From the NCBI GenBank assembly GCA_043228905.1, contig JBHGNT010000108.1, positions 20,267 through 84,266 of the forward strand: a stretch of DNA of 64,000 nt. Reading direction: 5' to 3'. The position numbers and the translations under genes are program-made. Shown here piece by piece: positions 52,546-63,300 of the stretch (the stretch's first letter is position 1; each line of letters opens with the position of its first letter). The notes beneath the pieces were generated by a model. That model ran no database searches and was not told the origin of the DNA. It was given only the letters and a program-made list of their open reading frames with translations. This DNA comes from Azolla caroliniana (lineage: Eukaryota > Plantae > Polypodiophyta).

Positions 52546-54747
52546 GAATGTACCCGGAGAGAGATCCGGATGCGGAGACATATTTGTGAATATGTTTGCC
52601 AAGAGCCCTTGAGGCTATATTTGTAAATAGCCCGAAAGTCATATGTGTATAAATATGACTTAGGGCAAACAGTTAAGTCTGTTGTTGCTCATTTTCTGTT
52701 TTCCACTAAGAGGGAGCGAAGTGAGAGCAGCCGAGAGAGAGTGAGAGAGAAGGAGGAAGGAAGAGGTCGACGCCTCTGTGTAATACCGCCGCCTGTGGCG
52801 AGGACAGCGAGCTCAAGGTCGTCGCCTTGCAGCTCGCCATTGTACATTCCCGCGTATAGTGATAGTTGGAGTCTTGCACTCCCGTGGTTTTTCCCGTATA
52901 GGGTTTTCCACGTTAATCCCTGTGTTATCGTGTCTTTCTCTGTGTTACCTATTTTCTGCTGCATTGATTCGTGATTTCTCGGTTGTGGCCGAACGGTGAA
53001 GACGAATCAGAGAGTTGATTCGCGACAAAGTGGTATCAGAGCCAGGTTAACACAGAAAATGGAAGGCGGCAGCAGCGGGCAGCCGGGGATGATGGTGCTA
53101 AATGCGCAGAACTACGCCGACTGGAAGATAAAGATGGAGGATCTGCTCATTGTTCGGGACCTATATGAACCGATCGACAGGTCAGAAATACCCAAGGGGG
53201 TACTTGAGACGGAGTGGAGGCTTCTGAACCGGAAAGCCGTTGCAACCATTCGGCAATACGTCGACGTGAGCGTTCTACAACACGTGGCGAACGACACCAA
53301 CGCATATGAGATGTGGCGGAAGCTGTCGGGCCTCTACGAGAGGAAGAATGCGTTGAACCGGACCTCCCTGATGAGAAAGATAGTGAACCTCAAGTACCGG
53401 GACGGCGAGAGTATGGTGGAACACGTAAGCACGTTCATGGGATTCGTGAACCAGCTTGCGGCGATCAAGTTCCCGTTGGAGGATGCAATGCAAGCCATCA
53501 TCCTGATGTGTACATTGCCGGACAGCTGGGAGAACTTGGTGGTGACTCTCAGCACCTCCTGCGCCGAAGATAACTTGTCCCTACAAACGGTAAAGACAAG
53601 CATTTTGAACGAAGAAGCGCGTCGGAGAGATAAAGAACCGGTTTCTGATCAGAAGATGCTACTTACCGAATCGGATCGGGGAAGACAATGGAACCGGAGT
53701 CTGCAAAGACGGGAGAAGTCGGGGACCCGGTCGCAGTCAAGAGGAAGGCCAACATGCTTCCACTGTGGGAAGCCGGGGCACTTCCGGAAGAATTGTCGGC
53801 ATTACCGAAAGGACAACGGAGCCGACGACACCGATTCGAAGAAGTCACCGGAGAGAAACGGTGCATACCGGGGAGCCACGGACCGGTGTCGGGATATTAT
53901 GCAAGTGTGTGTGGAATCGAGGCGGGACCGCGGGGGTCTCGAACCAAAGAGCAAGCGAGGGAGGGGAAAGAGAGAGAACCGGCTACGCAGGACCGGGGGT
54001 ACACAGGGACACGGCCCTTCAGCACGGAGAACACGAACAGACACCGACACAGACAGATGCGAATGGCTAAATGTGTATATTAAGAAAAACGGCTAACACG
54101 ACTACAACCCTCGACGGGGCACAGGTTGGTTACGACCGAACAGGCCGGCGAACAGATGCCGATGCCTGTTCACTTCGACGCTCAAAGGGGCTGTAGCTGG
54201 TCGGAGGTGCTGCCGGAAGCACTCGGGCGTTCCTCGAAAACAGCGCGAGCCTCCTCGGAACCCTGCGCGGAAAGCTATGGAGCTCAAGAAGGAAAGAAAC
54301 AGAGAGCGAAGCGTCCAGAAACGGTCCGGCAGCACTTCGTCCTCTCTGCGCGAGATATCCCTGCAACAGCTCTTTCCCGCTCCTTATATAGGCCGACGAG
54401 CAGGCCGTCCTGTCAGCTTTATTCCCTGTCCCTTTTGGACAGGGATCCGCTCCGTTTTTCACGCATCCGCGTAGTTACGCCGCCGACTCGTACAGTTCGC
54501 GCGCGCGACCGAAAAGACTGTTCGCGCGGTCTTTGTCTCCACTTGAGTTAGGGCCCGTTCCTGCCGATTATCCTCCTAATTCGCTTCTATGTACTACTTG
54601 GAGCGTGCGCGCGTGAAGAACCGGTTCCCACGCCTTGGTGCGCCGATTCCGCCTATGGACGGTTTTCTTCACGACATCCGCCCCCACCTAACCGCGCATC
54701 CTCCGGTATGCGCCAAGAGAGTTGGGACGGAGAAAACCGGCCCGTCT

Positions 54748-57700
54748 TCATTCCTCGCCCGTCGGTTCTTCCTCGTTTTCGGATCGTTCGTCACTGCCGA
54801 CCAGGAGAGCCGGGTCTGGCTCGTCGTCGTGTCGCTTCTTGAACGCTTTGATCCGTTTCCCTGCAACCGGTATCGTCATTCTCGTGCCGTCGAGTTCCGC
54901 CAGGTGGTATGTCCCGTTGTCATTGGCGCTCCGTACCACGTAAGGCCCGAACCACCTTCGTGCGAACTTCCGTGTAGCTCGGTGCTGGTTGTCGAGGCTG
55001 CTATCGTAGACGAGCACCCAGTCACCTTCTTCGATTTTCTTCGGTCGGAGCCGGTGCGTTCGGTCGAACCTGGCTTTGTTCTTTCTCCTCGCCACTCGGA
55101 GCTTCTCCGCAGCCAGTTCCACATCCTCCGGTCTCCGCTCGAGCTGTCGTATGCGCGCGGCCAACAACTCCTCCCGGCTCATCTCGTCCCTCCAGTCGAC
55201 CGTTGCCCACGAGGAGATCGTCCGTTCCATCGGCATGATCGGCTTCTGGCCGAACATGAGCTCCGTCGGCATGTACCCGGTTACCGAACTGTGCGTGGTT
55301 CGGTCCGCCCACAAAGCATAAGGTAGCAGCCGCGGCCAGTTACCGACTCGGCCTCTGCATGCCCGAACCAACGCCTTGACGATCGGTCCGTGTCCGCGCT
55401 CCACCTTTCCATTCGCCTCCGGATTGTACGCAGTGGTGAGCGAGAGCTTGACTCCCAGCCGGTCGAACAGCTCCGCGGCTTCTTCGGCGTCCAACTCCCC
55501 TCGGTCAGCCACGATCTTTCCGACGCACCCATACCGGCATATCACGTCCTCGACTAGGAACCGGCATACGGCCGCGGTTGTTTTGTTCGGAAGGGCCCGG
55601 CCTTCCACCTGGTTCGTCAGATCCTCCCGCGCTAGGACCAGGTACCGCATCTGTCCTACTCCCATTGGCATCGTCACCAGATCTACCATCCATTTGAAGT
55701 GGATGGTCGGAGGGTACGTGGGGTGAAGCTCGTCCCGATGTCGGACTGTGGAGTGCATCTGACAGCTCTCGCAAGTTGTCACGAACCGATGCACGTCCTG
55801 GTACTGCCCCGGCCACCAATACTTCCCCTTCAGTTTCTCAAACGTAGCCCATGTTCCACGGTGTCCAGCCCAAGGGCTGTCGTGGTAGGCCGTCAGCAGC
55901 TCCTCCTGTTCTTCCTTCATCGCCACCACCCGGAGCGGAACGCCGTCCTTCTTCTTCGGGTGCTTCCATAGACAGCTATCCCGGAGAAAGAACCGGTACG
56001 CTTTCTTCCGGATCCGGTTGGCCTCGTCCTTCGTCCATGACGCATCGGGCGTCATTGTCTTCAGAAACCCACCGATCTGCAGCCACTCCCCGTCGTACTT
56101 GCTCGCGTCGAAGTCGTTAAGCGCCGGAGTGCTTGTTCCGTCTGTTGTTACATACGCAGTCTCGAAGAAGTCCACGCCGACGTCTTCGTCCTCCGAAACC
56201 ATGCCGCCCTCGTCATCGAATCTCGCCCTTGAAAGCATGTCGGCCATGGCGTTGTCTTTCCCGGAAATGTGTCGTATTACCGGGTCTAGGGACTTGATAT
56301 ACGCTATCCACCTGAGCATTGCCAGGTCCGGCGTCGCGCATCCGGAAATCATGCCGAGAATCGGCATGCAATCCGTCTCTATGATTACCTCCGTCCCGAT
56401 CAGATAGTCCTTGTCGGCCTTCACCGCCGAAACGATACCCCAGAGTTCGCGTTTAACCTGGGCGTATCCTCGCTGCCGTTCGCTGAGGACCTTCGCACCG
56501 AATCGGATCGGGAACCGATTGCCGTCCTCGTCTTCTTGGTTGACGACCCACCCGATTCCGGTCGGACTCGTGTCAACCGTTATGTACACTGGGGTGCCCT
56601 TCCTGTAGACGGCCTTTCGGAGCGCCGGTGCTGCCGAAAGAGCCTCCTTCAGCTTCCGGACCGACTCCGTGTGCTTGTCTAGCCATTCGAATCTTCGCCC
56701 TTTCCTCAGTAATCCGTATAGTGGCTCCGCAACGTGGGCGTAATGCGGGATCCATATGTGGTAGAATGCGCATGCCCCCAGGAATCTTCGCACTTCAGTG
56801 ACCGAGCTGCAGTCGGGCTTCATCGCGGAGATGGCTTCTACCTTTGCCGGAGACGGTTTCCGGCCATATGGCCCACATAAGTGTCCGACCACCATGATTT
56901 CCGACTGCCCGAAGGCTGATTTCTCCCCCGAGAAGGTGAGCCTCGCCTCCTCTAGCCTTTGCAGCACCTTCTCGCAGTCGTCGATGTGCGCCGTCACGAA
57001 TCGCCGGCATCCGTCCGGCCCGATCGTCTCGTCCTTCTCTTCTACCGGGCATCCCTTGATCGGGATGTCGTCTAGAAACGGCATGGTGATGTTCGGGATG
57101 CAGTCCCTCAGCACCTTGTTCATCGCATTCACCATGTGGGCCACCGAGTTGGTCCCTCCTTGCGGCAGCGTACACATCCGCACTAGGCCGAGGGGAGTTC
57201 GCATCGTCGTAATGTCTCTGCTCTCCACGGCTAGCTGGAACTGGTCATACCCTGAGTATAGATCACCGACCGAGTAAATCGACCTTCCGGCGAAGGCCTC
57301 CGCGAACTCGTCTATGGTCGGTCCGATCCCCGCGTTCCGAATGGTCACTCTATTGACCGGCTGCAGGTCCTGAATGAAGCGCAATGATCCGTTTTTCTTT
57401 GGTACGGTAAACCAGCGGTTTGAATACGGGGCGCTCGACGGCTCGAGAATGCCCATATCAACTTTCTGCTTCAACAGCTCCATCAACTTCGGGATGTGAG
57501 CTCTCGGAACCGAAATTGGCTTGAGATTCCACGGTACATGCGGTACCGTGAATATCACCATCGGCTCTACGATCGTCGGGTCCACGCACCCGATTTCCTC
57601 CGGCGAGAATGCGAAGGCTTTCCCGTGCCTTCCGAGCATTCTCCGGAACCGGTCTTCCTCCGCCGGCAGTAGGAACCCGCCCCCACCGATCTTCAGCTCG

Positions 57701-58236
57701 CGGAGCGTCTCGTTGGTGAAGGTGTGTCCTATGCAGGCCCGATCTCGTAAGCTGGGGTCCGATGCAACCCCTTTAATCCGGGATTCACTGCCCTCCGGTA
57801 AGGGCGCCGCAACTGGCCTCACCTTCCGGTCCACCGTCTTGTACTTGGTGCTCACCCGGGCCGTCCGTTCCGACTCGAGCCCTCGACCGAAGTCCGCGAT
57901 GACTTCGTACATTTCTTCGGAACATACCGGTATCGTCCGGTCTTCGTTAAGGTCTTCTTCGACTACCTTCCCCAGCATTCCCAAGGTGTCGTCGAAAGAG
58001 ACTGCCTCCACGGCTCCGTTGATTCCTTCGTCAGAGCCGAGAACTCCGCACGCCCGAAGTCTCCCCTCCGTCTTTGTTTTCTCTCGGCCGGTGATGCCGA
58101 CCATCGTACATGCTCCGCTGTCGGAGAAGCAAAATTTCCTACCTATTGTACACGGTTTTATCATACAGATGTGGGGTTTTCCCGGAGCATCCGGACTGTC
58201 GCGGCCCCACGCCTTGGCAGTCCTCTCTAAAAATCC
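54748..58236 (-). CDS. Gypsy F Pol (RT, RNase H, integrase) in the -1 frame
   Basis: DLYSGY, LPQG, FLDD, TVDTS, HDSPWAGH..CESC, VDL, ADRGE, NGKVER, GPY motif; no chromodomain. Confidence 0.92.
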   Translation of the reverse strand, partial: GFLERTAKAWGRDSPDAPGKPHICMIKPCTIGRKFCFSDSGACTMVGITGREKTKTEGRLRACGVLGSDEGINGAVEAVSFDDTLGMLGKVVEEDLNEDRTIPVCSEEMYEVIADFGRGLESERTARVSTKYKTVDRKVRPVAAPLPEGSESRIKGVASDPSLRDRACIGHTFTNETLRELKIGGGGFLLPAEEDRFRRMLGRHGKAFAFSPEEIGCVDPTIVEPMVIFTVPHVPWNLKPISVPRAHIPKLMELLKQKVDMGILEPSSAPYSNRWFTVPKKNGSLRFIQDLQPVNRVTIRNAGIGPTIDEFAEAFAGRSIYSVGDLYSGYDQFQLAVESRDITTMRTPLGLVRMCTLPQGGTNSVAHMVNAMNKVLRDCIPNITMPFLDDIPIKGCPVEEKDETIGPDGCRRFVTAHIDDCEKVLQRLEEARLTFSGEKSAFGQSEIMVVGHLCGPYGRKPSPAKVEAISAMKPDCSSVTEVRRFLGACAFYHIWIPHYAHVAEPLYGLLRKGRRFEWLDKHTESVRKLKEALSAAPALRKAVYRKGTPVYITVDTSPTGIGWVVNQEDEDGNRFPIRFGAKVLSERQRGYAQVKRELWGIVSAVKADKDYLIGTEVIIETDCMPILGMISGCATPDLAMLRWIAYIKSLDPVIRHISGKDNAMADMLSRARFDDEGGMVSEDEDVGVDFFETAYVTTDGTSTPALNDFDASKYDGEWLQIGGFLKTMTPDASWTKDEANRIRKKAYRFFLRDSCLWKHPKKKDGVPLRVVAMKEEQEELLTAYHDSPWAGHRGTWATFEKLKGKYWWPGQYQDVHRFVTTCESCQMHSTVRHRDELHPTYPPTIHFKWMVDLVTMPMGVGQMRYLVLAREDLTNQVEGRALPNKTTAAVCRFLVEDVICRYGCVGKIVADRGELDAEEAAELFDRLGVKLSLTTAYNPEANGKVERGHGPIVKALVRACRGRVGNWPRLLPYALWADRTTHSSVTGYMPTELMFGQKPIMPMERTISSWATVDWRDEMSREELLAARIRQLERRPEDVELAAEKLRVARRKNKARFDRTHRLRPKKIEEGDWVLVYDSSLDNQHRATRKFARRWFGPYVVRSANDNGTYHLAELDGTRMTIPVAGKRIKAFKKRHDDEPDPALLVGSDERSENEEEPTGEE

Positions 58237-60353
58237 TCTCGGGTTTCGGAACCGAGGGAATCGCGGTTACGTTCGTGGTTCGGCCTTACCGTCAGAAACT
58301 GGACCGAATGGCGCCCGTCTTGGCTTTTGACTCTCGCGTAGGCCGAACCATTGTCCAGCACTTTGGTCTCCATTCGCGCCGCCGTGATGTACGGCTCTCC
58401 CAGAATGACCGGATGCGAAGACGTCTCCTGCACGAAGAAGTGCTGGTCAATCTCGACGTCGCCAATCTTGACTCGCACATTCGGACAGGCCCCGTGCAGT
58501 TCCTCGGTGGCGCGCGTTGCTGCCCTTATTTTCCACCCGTGCTTGGTGTTGATCGGCCATTTGCCCTTCTTATAGAAGTCCATGGACATCAAATTGATCT
58601 CCGATCCGTGGTCCACCAAAGCTGTCACCGGTTCCTGGACATCGCCGATCTTCACCGGGGTTTCCGTGGTCGCTCGGGCCCAGTGTGGCCTCGAATAGTG
58701 GCTTTCCGCCCACTCGTCTCCCAGCGCCATGTCGTCTAGGTGCGTCGTCCGCACTTCCACCGGTCTTTCCGGTTCTGTCTCCGTCGACAGCCTCTTCCGT
58801 TTCACCAAGTCCACGATGGAGTCGTGGAACTCCTTCTTGGCGATTCCCAGCACCTCTCGTAACGACAGCTCCACCTTGCTGTCGAGGATCCGTTCCTCCA
58901 GGACCTTCCGTAAGTCCGTGGTCCTTTCTATCTCCGTCCCCAGACGGTACCCGCCCTTCTGGGGTTTATCTTGCGTGCCGGCCCCGCCGGATTCGTCCCG
59001 TCGTGGCCCGGACCGGGTCTCGTATCGTTGTGAGGGCCCGGTCGTCCCGGGTTTCCCCACCCGCTTCTCTTCTACCAGAGCCTCGTAGTTCTGGCAAGCG
59101 GCTTCCACGAAGCCCGTCCGTTCCTCGACCGGGTCGCTCCACCCGGTCATCTCCCGTACCCGTTTCTCCGCACGGTCCGATTCCTCCCCTTTAAGCCTTG
59201 CACCGGCAAGGCCTTCCAGCATCGTCGGCCAGAATCCGGCTTTGCTTTCCCTTCGGGCCTCGCCGCCCCCGACTCGAATGCCGGCCGACGCCGAGTAGTG
59301 GACGGTTTCCGCGTGTCGGGCCGCCGCCTCTTCCATCAACCTTTTCATACCACCTTTTCCGTCGTTTCGGCTCAGGGCCCTTCGGGTGTCGCTGGCATGC
59401 ACCCGTCCTTCCCACAGGTACACCACCCTGTCCCTCAGCGCCTCCGCGAAGTCGCCGCAGTCCTTCCGAATGTGGCCGACTTCATCGCACCACATGCACC
59501 TGTTTCCTGCCGCCGGCCGTCGGTCACGAGCCGGTTCGCCACCTTCCCTTCGGGCTTGCGCGATTTGGAGGTCCTTTACCGCCCTCGTCAATTCCTCCAG
59601 CGCCGCTCCTCCGGTTGAGCCTCTGACTACGCCGGTCGAAGCCGAACCGGTTTCCAACCACTCTCGGGTCTCTTCCTTTCGCACCTGTGGCGCTGGTTCG
59701 AACTTCCTTGCTGCGACCGAGCCCGACCCGGTTACCCCGTTATCCGCCCATTCTCGCCGTTTGTCGAAACGGCCACAGACCTTCTTGACAGCCGCCCAGT
59801 CGGTAGTGAGCCCGTCTTCGGTTTCCAGCAAGAGGCCCACTTGCTCCCGATCCCGCTCGTCGACCGACTTGACAAACAGCAAGACCCGGCTCGTGTCCAG
59901 GATGGTTCGGTCGAGCGCCGAAAGGCGCGCAAAGTTTTCCTCGAACTCCCGGAGGAGTGCCGACGCGTTTCTTCCCTTCCCCGGGGACTCCACCCATTCC
60001 ATGAACCTTCGCTTCGAAAGCCGAAGCGCGTCGTCCAGCCCGTATTTCTCTAGGAGCCGACCTTCGAACTCCTCCCAGGTACGGCTCTCCGCCCGCACCT
60101 CGAGCACCTCCGCATGGATGCTCGGCATCGCCACTCGGGGAAATCCGGCAAGACGCCTTCCTTCCGGAATGTCCCGCATCAGCATCTCTGCACCGTAGGA
60201 CGCCAAATACTTCGTGGCATCCTTCCCATCGAACCGGCCGATCGTACCGACGACCGCCTCAATAGCTCTGTCGAGGGCACCGGTGCTCTCGCGCGCGTTT
60301 ACAATCCGATCCACGGCCGAAGCCATGGCCTCTGCGAGATCCGACCCCCTCAT
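58227..60353 (-). CDS. Gypsy F Gag-protease, 708 aa
   Basis: CMWCDEVGHIRKDC knuckle and protease ALVDHGSEIN..VILG; first ATG after the PBS. Confidence 0.9.
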   Translation of the reverse strand: MRGSDLAEAMASAVDRIVNARESTGALDRAIEAVVGTIGRFDGKDATKYLASYGAEMLMRDIPEGRRLAGFPRVAMPSIHAEVLEVRAESRTWEEFEGRLLEKYGLDDALRLSKRRFMEWVESPGKGRNASALLREFEENFARLSALDRTILDTSRVLLFVKSVDERDREQVGLLLETEDGLTTDWAAVKKVCGRFDKRREWADNGVTGSGSVAARKFEPAPQVRKEETREWLETGSASTGVVRGSTGGAALEELTRAVKDLQIAQARREGGEPARDRRPAAGNRCMWCDEVGHIRKDCGDFAEALRDRVVYLWEGRVHASDTRRALSRNDGKGGMKRLMEEAAARHAETVHYSASAGIRVGGGEARRESKAGFWPTMLEGLAGARLKGEESDRAEKRVREMTGWSDPVEERTGFVEAACQNYEALVEEKRVGKPGTTGPSQRYETRSGPRRDESGGAGTQDKPQKGGYRLGTEIERTTDLRKVLEERILDSKVELSLREVLGIAKKEFHDSIVDLVKRKRLSTETEPERPVEVRTTHLDDMALGDEWAESHYSRPHWARATTETPVKIGDVQEPVTALVDHGSEINLMSMDFYKKGKWPINTKHGWKIRAATRATEELHGACPNVRVKIGDVEIDQHFFVQETSSHPVILGEPYITAARMETKVLDNGSAYARVKSQDGRHSVQFLTVRPNHERNRDSLGSETREDF

Positions 60354-60375
60354 CTTCTGCTCTTCTGCCGCCTCT

Positions 60376-60393
60376 TTCACGTCGGGTTCACCA
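60376..60393 (-). promoter_or_regulatory. Primer-binding site complementary to the tRNA-Trp 3' end
   Basis: The + strand reads TTCACGTCGGGTTCACCA, which I recognise as the 3' end of plant cytosolic tRNA-Trp(CCA); it lies 3 nt from the LTR. Confidence 0.85.
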
Positions 60394-63300
60394 AGATGTC
60401 GGGATATTATGCAAGTGTGTGTGGAATCGAGGCGGGACCGCGGGGGTCTCGAACCAAAGAGCAAGCGAGGGAGGGGAAAGAGAGAGAACCGGCTACGCAG
60501 GACCGGGGGTACACAGGGACACGGCCCTTCAGCACGGAGAACACGAACAGACACCGACACAGACAGATGCGAATGGCTAAATGTGTATATTAAGAAAAAC
60601 GGCTAACACGACTACAACCCTCGACGGGGCACAGGTTGGTTACGACCGAACAGGTCGGCGAACAGATGCCGATGCCTGTTCACTTCGACGCTCAAAGGGG
60701 CTGTAGCTGGTCGGAGGTGCTGCCGGAAGCACTCGGGCGTTCCTCGAAAACAGCGCGAGCCTCCTCGGAACCCTGCACGGAAAGCTATGGAGCTCAAGAA
60801 GGAAGGAAACAGAGAGCGAAGCGTCCAGAAACGGTCCGGCAGCACTTCGTCCTCTCTGCGCGAGATATCCCTGCAACAGCTCTTTCCCGCTCCTTATATA
60901 GGCCGACGAGCAGGCCGTCCTGTCAGCTTTATTCCCTGTCCCTTTTGGACAGGGATCCGCTCCGTTTTTCACGCATCCGCGTAGTTACGCCGCCGACTCG
61001 TACAGTTCGCACGCGCGACCGAAAAGACTGTTCGCGCGGTCTTTGTCTCCACTTGAGTTAGGGCCCGTTCCTGCCGATTATCCTCCTAATTCGCTTCTAT
61101 GTACTACTTGGAGCGTGCGCGCGTGAAGAACCGGTTCCCACGCCTTGGTGCGCCGATTCCGCCTATGGACGGTTTTCTTCACGACACCGGAGAGGTCCGG
61201 ATCGGCGAGGGCAGGACCGGAAAGGAACGACGGCACTCGCGGCAAGTGAAGAAGAGATAATGCTTATTACCGAAGAGAGGGAGCTGAACCTTGCCGGTGT
61301 AGAGATGACCTGGGTGGTCGATTCCGGAGCGTCGTTCCACCTGACCCCGGAGAAGAAATACTTCTCATCCTACACAGCCGGTGAGCACGGCTGTGTCCGG
61401 ATGGGAAATGAAGGCACATGCCGGATTGCCGGCATAGGAGACGTGTGGCTGTTGACATCAACCGGATGCAAGATGCTGTTGAAGGATGTGCGACACGTTC
61501 CGGAGGTCCGATTGAACCTGATCTCGGCCGGGAGGCTAGATGATGAAGGCTACACGGGTAGCATCCGGAACGGTGTCATGAAGTTCAGCAAGGGGAGCCT
61601 GATAGTGGCTCGGGCCCGGAAGGTCAACACCATGTACCTGATGAATTCCCGGCTATGTTCGGAGGAGCTGAACGTGGCAGCCGACACTGCCGGTGAGCTG
61701 TGGCACAAGAGACTGTGCCACATGAGCGAGAAGGGGATGAAGAGGCTTGCAGAAGACAACCTCATTCCAGTGAAGCATGTGCATCTGGAGAAGTGCACCG
61801 ATTGCCTGGCCGGTAAGCAGAACCGAACCTCCTTCCACTCAAGGCCACCGACGAGACGTAGCGCACCATTGGAGTTGGTGCACACTGATGTGTGTCAGGT
61901 AGAAACGAAGTCACATGGCGGAGCCCAGTACTTCGTGACTTTCATTGATGATCACAGCCGGAAGCTGTGGACGGCACCGTTGAAGACAAAGGACCAAGTG
62001 TTGTCCATCTTCAAAGAACTCCACGCGAGAGTGGAAAGGGAATCCGGCAAGAAGCTGAAAGCGATACGAGCGGATAACGGAGGGGAATACCGGGGGCAGT
62101 TCCAGGAGTACTGTCGCTCGAAGGGAATCCGGCTCGAGTTTACTGTGCCGAAGACGCCGGAACTGAACGGGCTGGCCGAGAGGATGAACCGGACCATAAT
62201 GGAGAGGGTCCGGAGTATGCTAGCGCATGCGAAATTACCCAAGGGGTTTTGGGCTGAGGCAATGTCGACGGCGACATACGTGATAAATAGATCACCCTCA
62301 GTGCCTCTGGACGGAGACACGCCGCAGAAAGTGTGGACCGGTAAGGAAGTGTCCTACCGGCATCTGAAGGTGTTCGGGTGTCTCGCATACGTGCATGTGG
62401 CAAAGGACCGGAGAGGAAAGCTAGATCCAAAGACCCGGCCATGCATATTCCTCGGTTACGGCGACGACGAGTTCGGCTACCGAGTATGGGACCCGGTCGA
62501 CAAGAAGATATTCAGGAGTCGAGACATCATCTTCATGGAGGACAAGACACTCGCCGACTGGGAGTCGGAGAAGAAGATGAAGAGCTCCAAGTCGACCGGT
62601 GAGGATCAACTCTACGAGGAGCAGTCCCGACCGGCAAGGGACGGTTAACACTCGAGGATCCGGCCGAAGACTATGAAGAAACAGAACCGGCCGAAGAAGA
62701 TGAAAATGATACCGGAACCGGCCCCGATCCCGAAATGGATTCGGATGAAGAAGAATCGGAAGAACCGGTTACCGAAGCTCCGGAACGGAGATATCCTCTA
62801 AGAGAGAGAAGGGCCCCCCGGAGATTTCCGGAACCAGAGCACGTGCTGCTAACCGACGAAGGGGAGCCGGAGAGCTTTGAAGAAGCAAAGTATGACACCC
62901 AGAGCCGCAGGTGGTTGAGTGCCATGCAGGACGAGATGGATTCCCTGCATGAGAACCACACATATGAACTTGTGGAGTTGCCGAAAGGAAAGCGGGCACT
63001 TCGAAACAAGTGGGTGTTCAAGCTGAAACCGGGAGATGCCGGAAACCCCCCGAGATACAAAGCCAGGATCGTGGTGAAGGGGTTTCAGCAGAAGAAGGGC
63101 GTCGACTTCGACGAGATATTCGCCCCGGTAGTGAAGATGACCTCCATCCGGACGATGCTGAGCATAGCGGCAAGCATGGACCTCGAGGTAGAACAGATGG
63201 ACGTGAAGACGGCATTCCTTCACGGTGACCTCGAAGAAGAGATCTACATGCAGCAACCGGAAGGATTCGAGAAGAAAGGGAAAGAGCACCTGGTATGCCG

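Larger units (their letters stand above)
53887..61186 (-). mobile_element. Intact Ty3/gypsy element F (non-chromovirus, Trp-primed)
   Basis: 790-bp LTRs 53887-54676 and 60397-61186 (about 4 substitutions seen by eye). TSD CCGG, PBS 60393-60376, PPT GGTGGGGGCGGA. Confidence 0.97.

Noticed and set aside
52996-54096. Novel 366-aa gag fusion protein
   Set aside because: Copia E gag reading into the inserted gypsy LTR; an insertion artefact.
54126-55326. Extra antisense or env-like ORFs in gypsy F (141 aa, 245 aa)
   Set aside because: They lie in the LTR or opposite the integrase in GC-rich DNA and show no TM or domain signal; shadow ORFs.
60376-60393. tRNA-Trp gene
   Set aside because: Only the 3' 18 nt including CCA are present, adjacent to an LTR, so it is a PBS.
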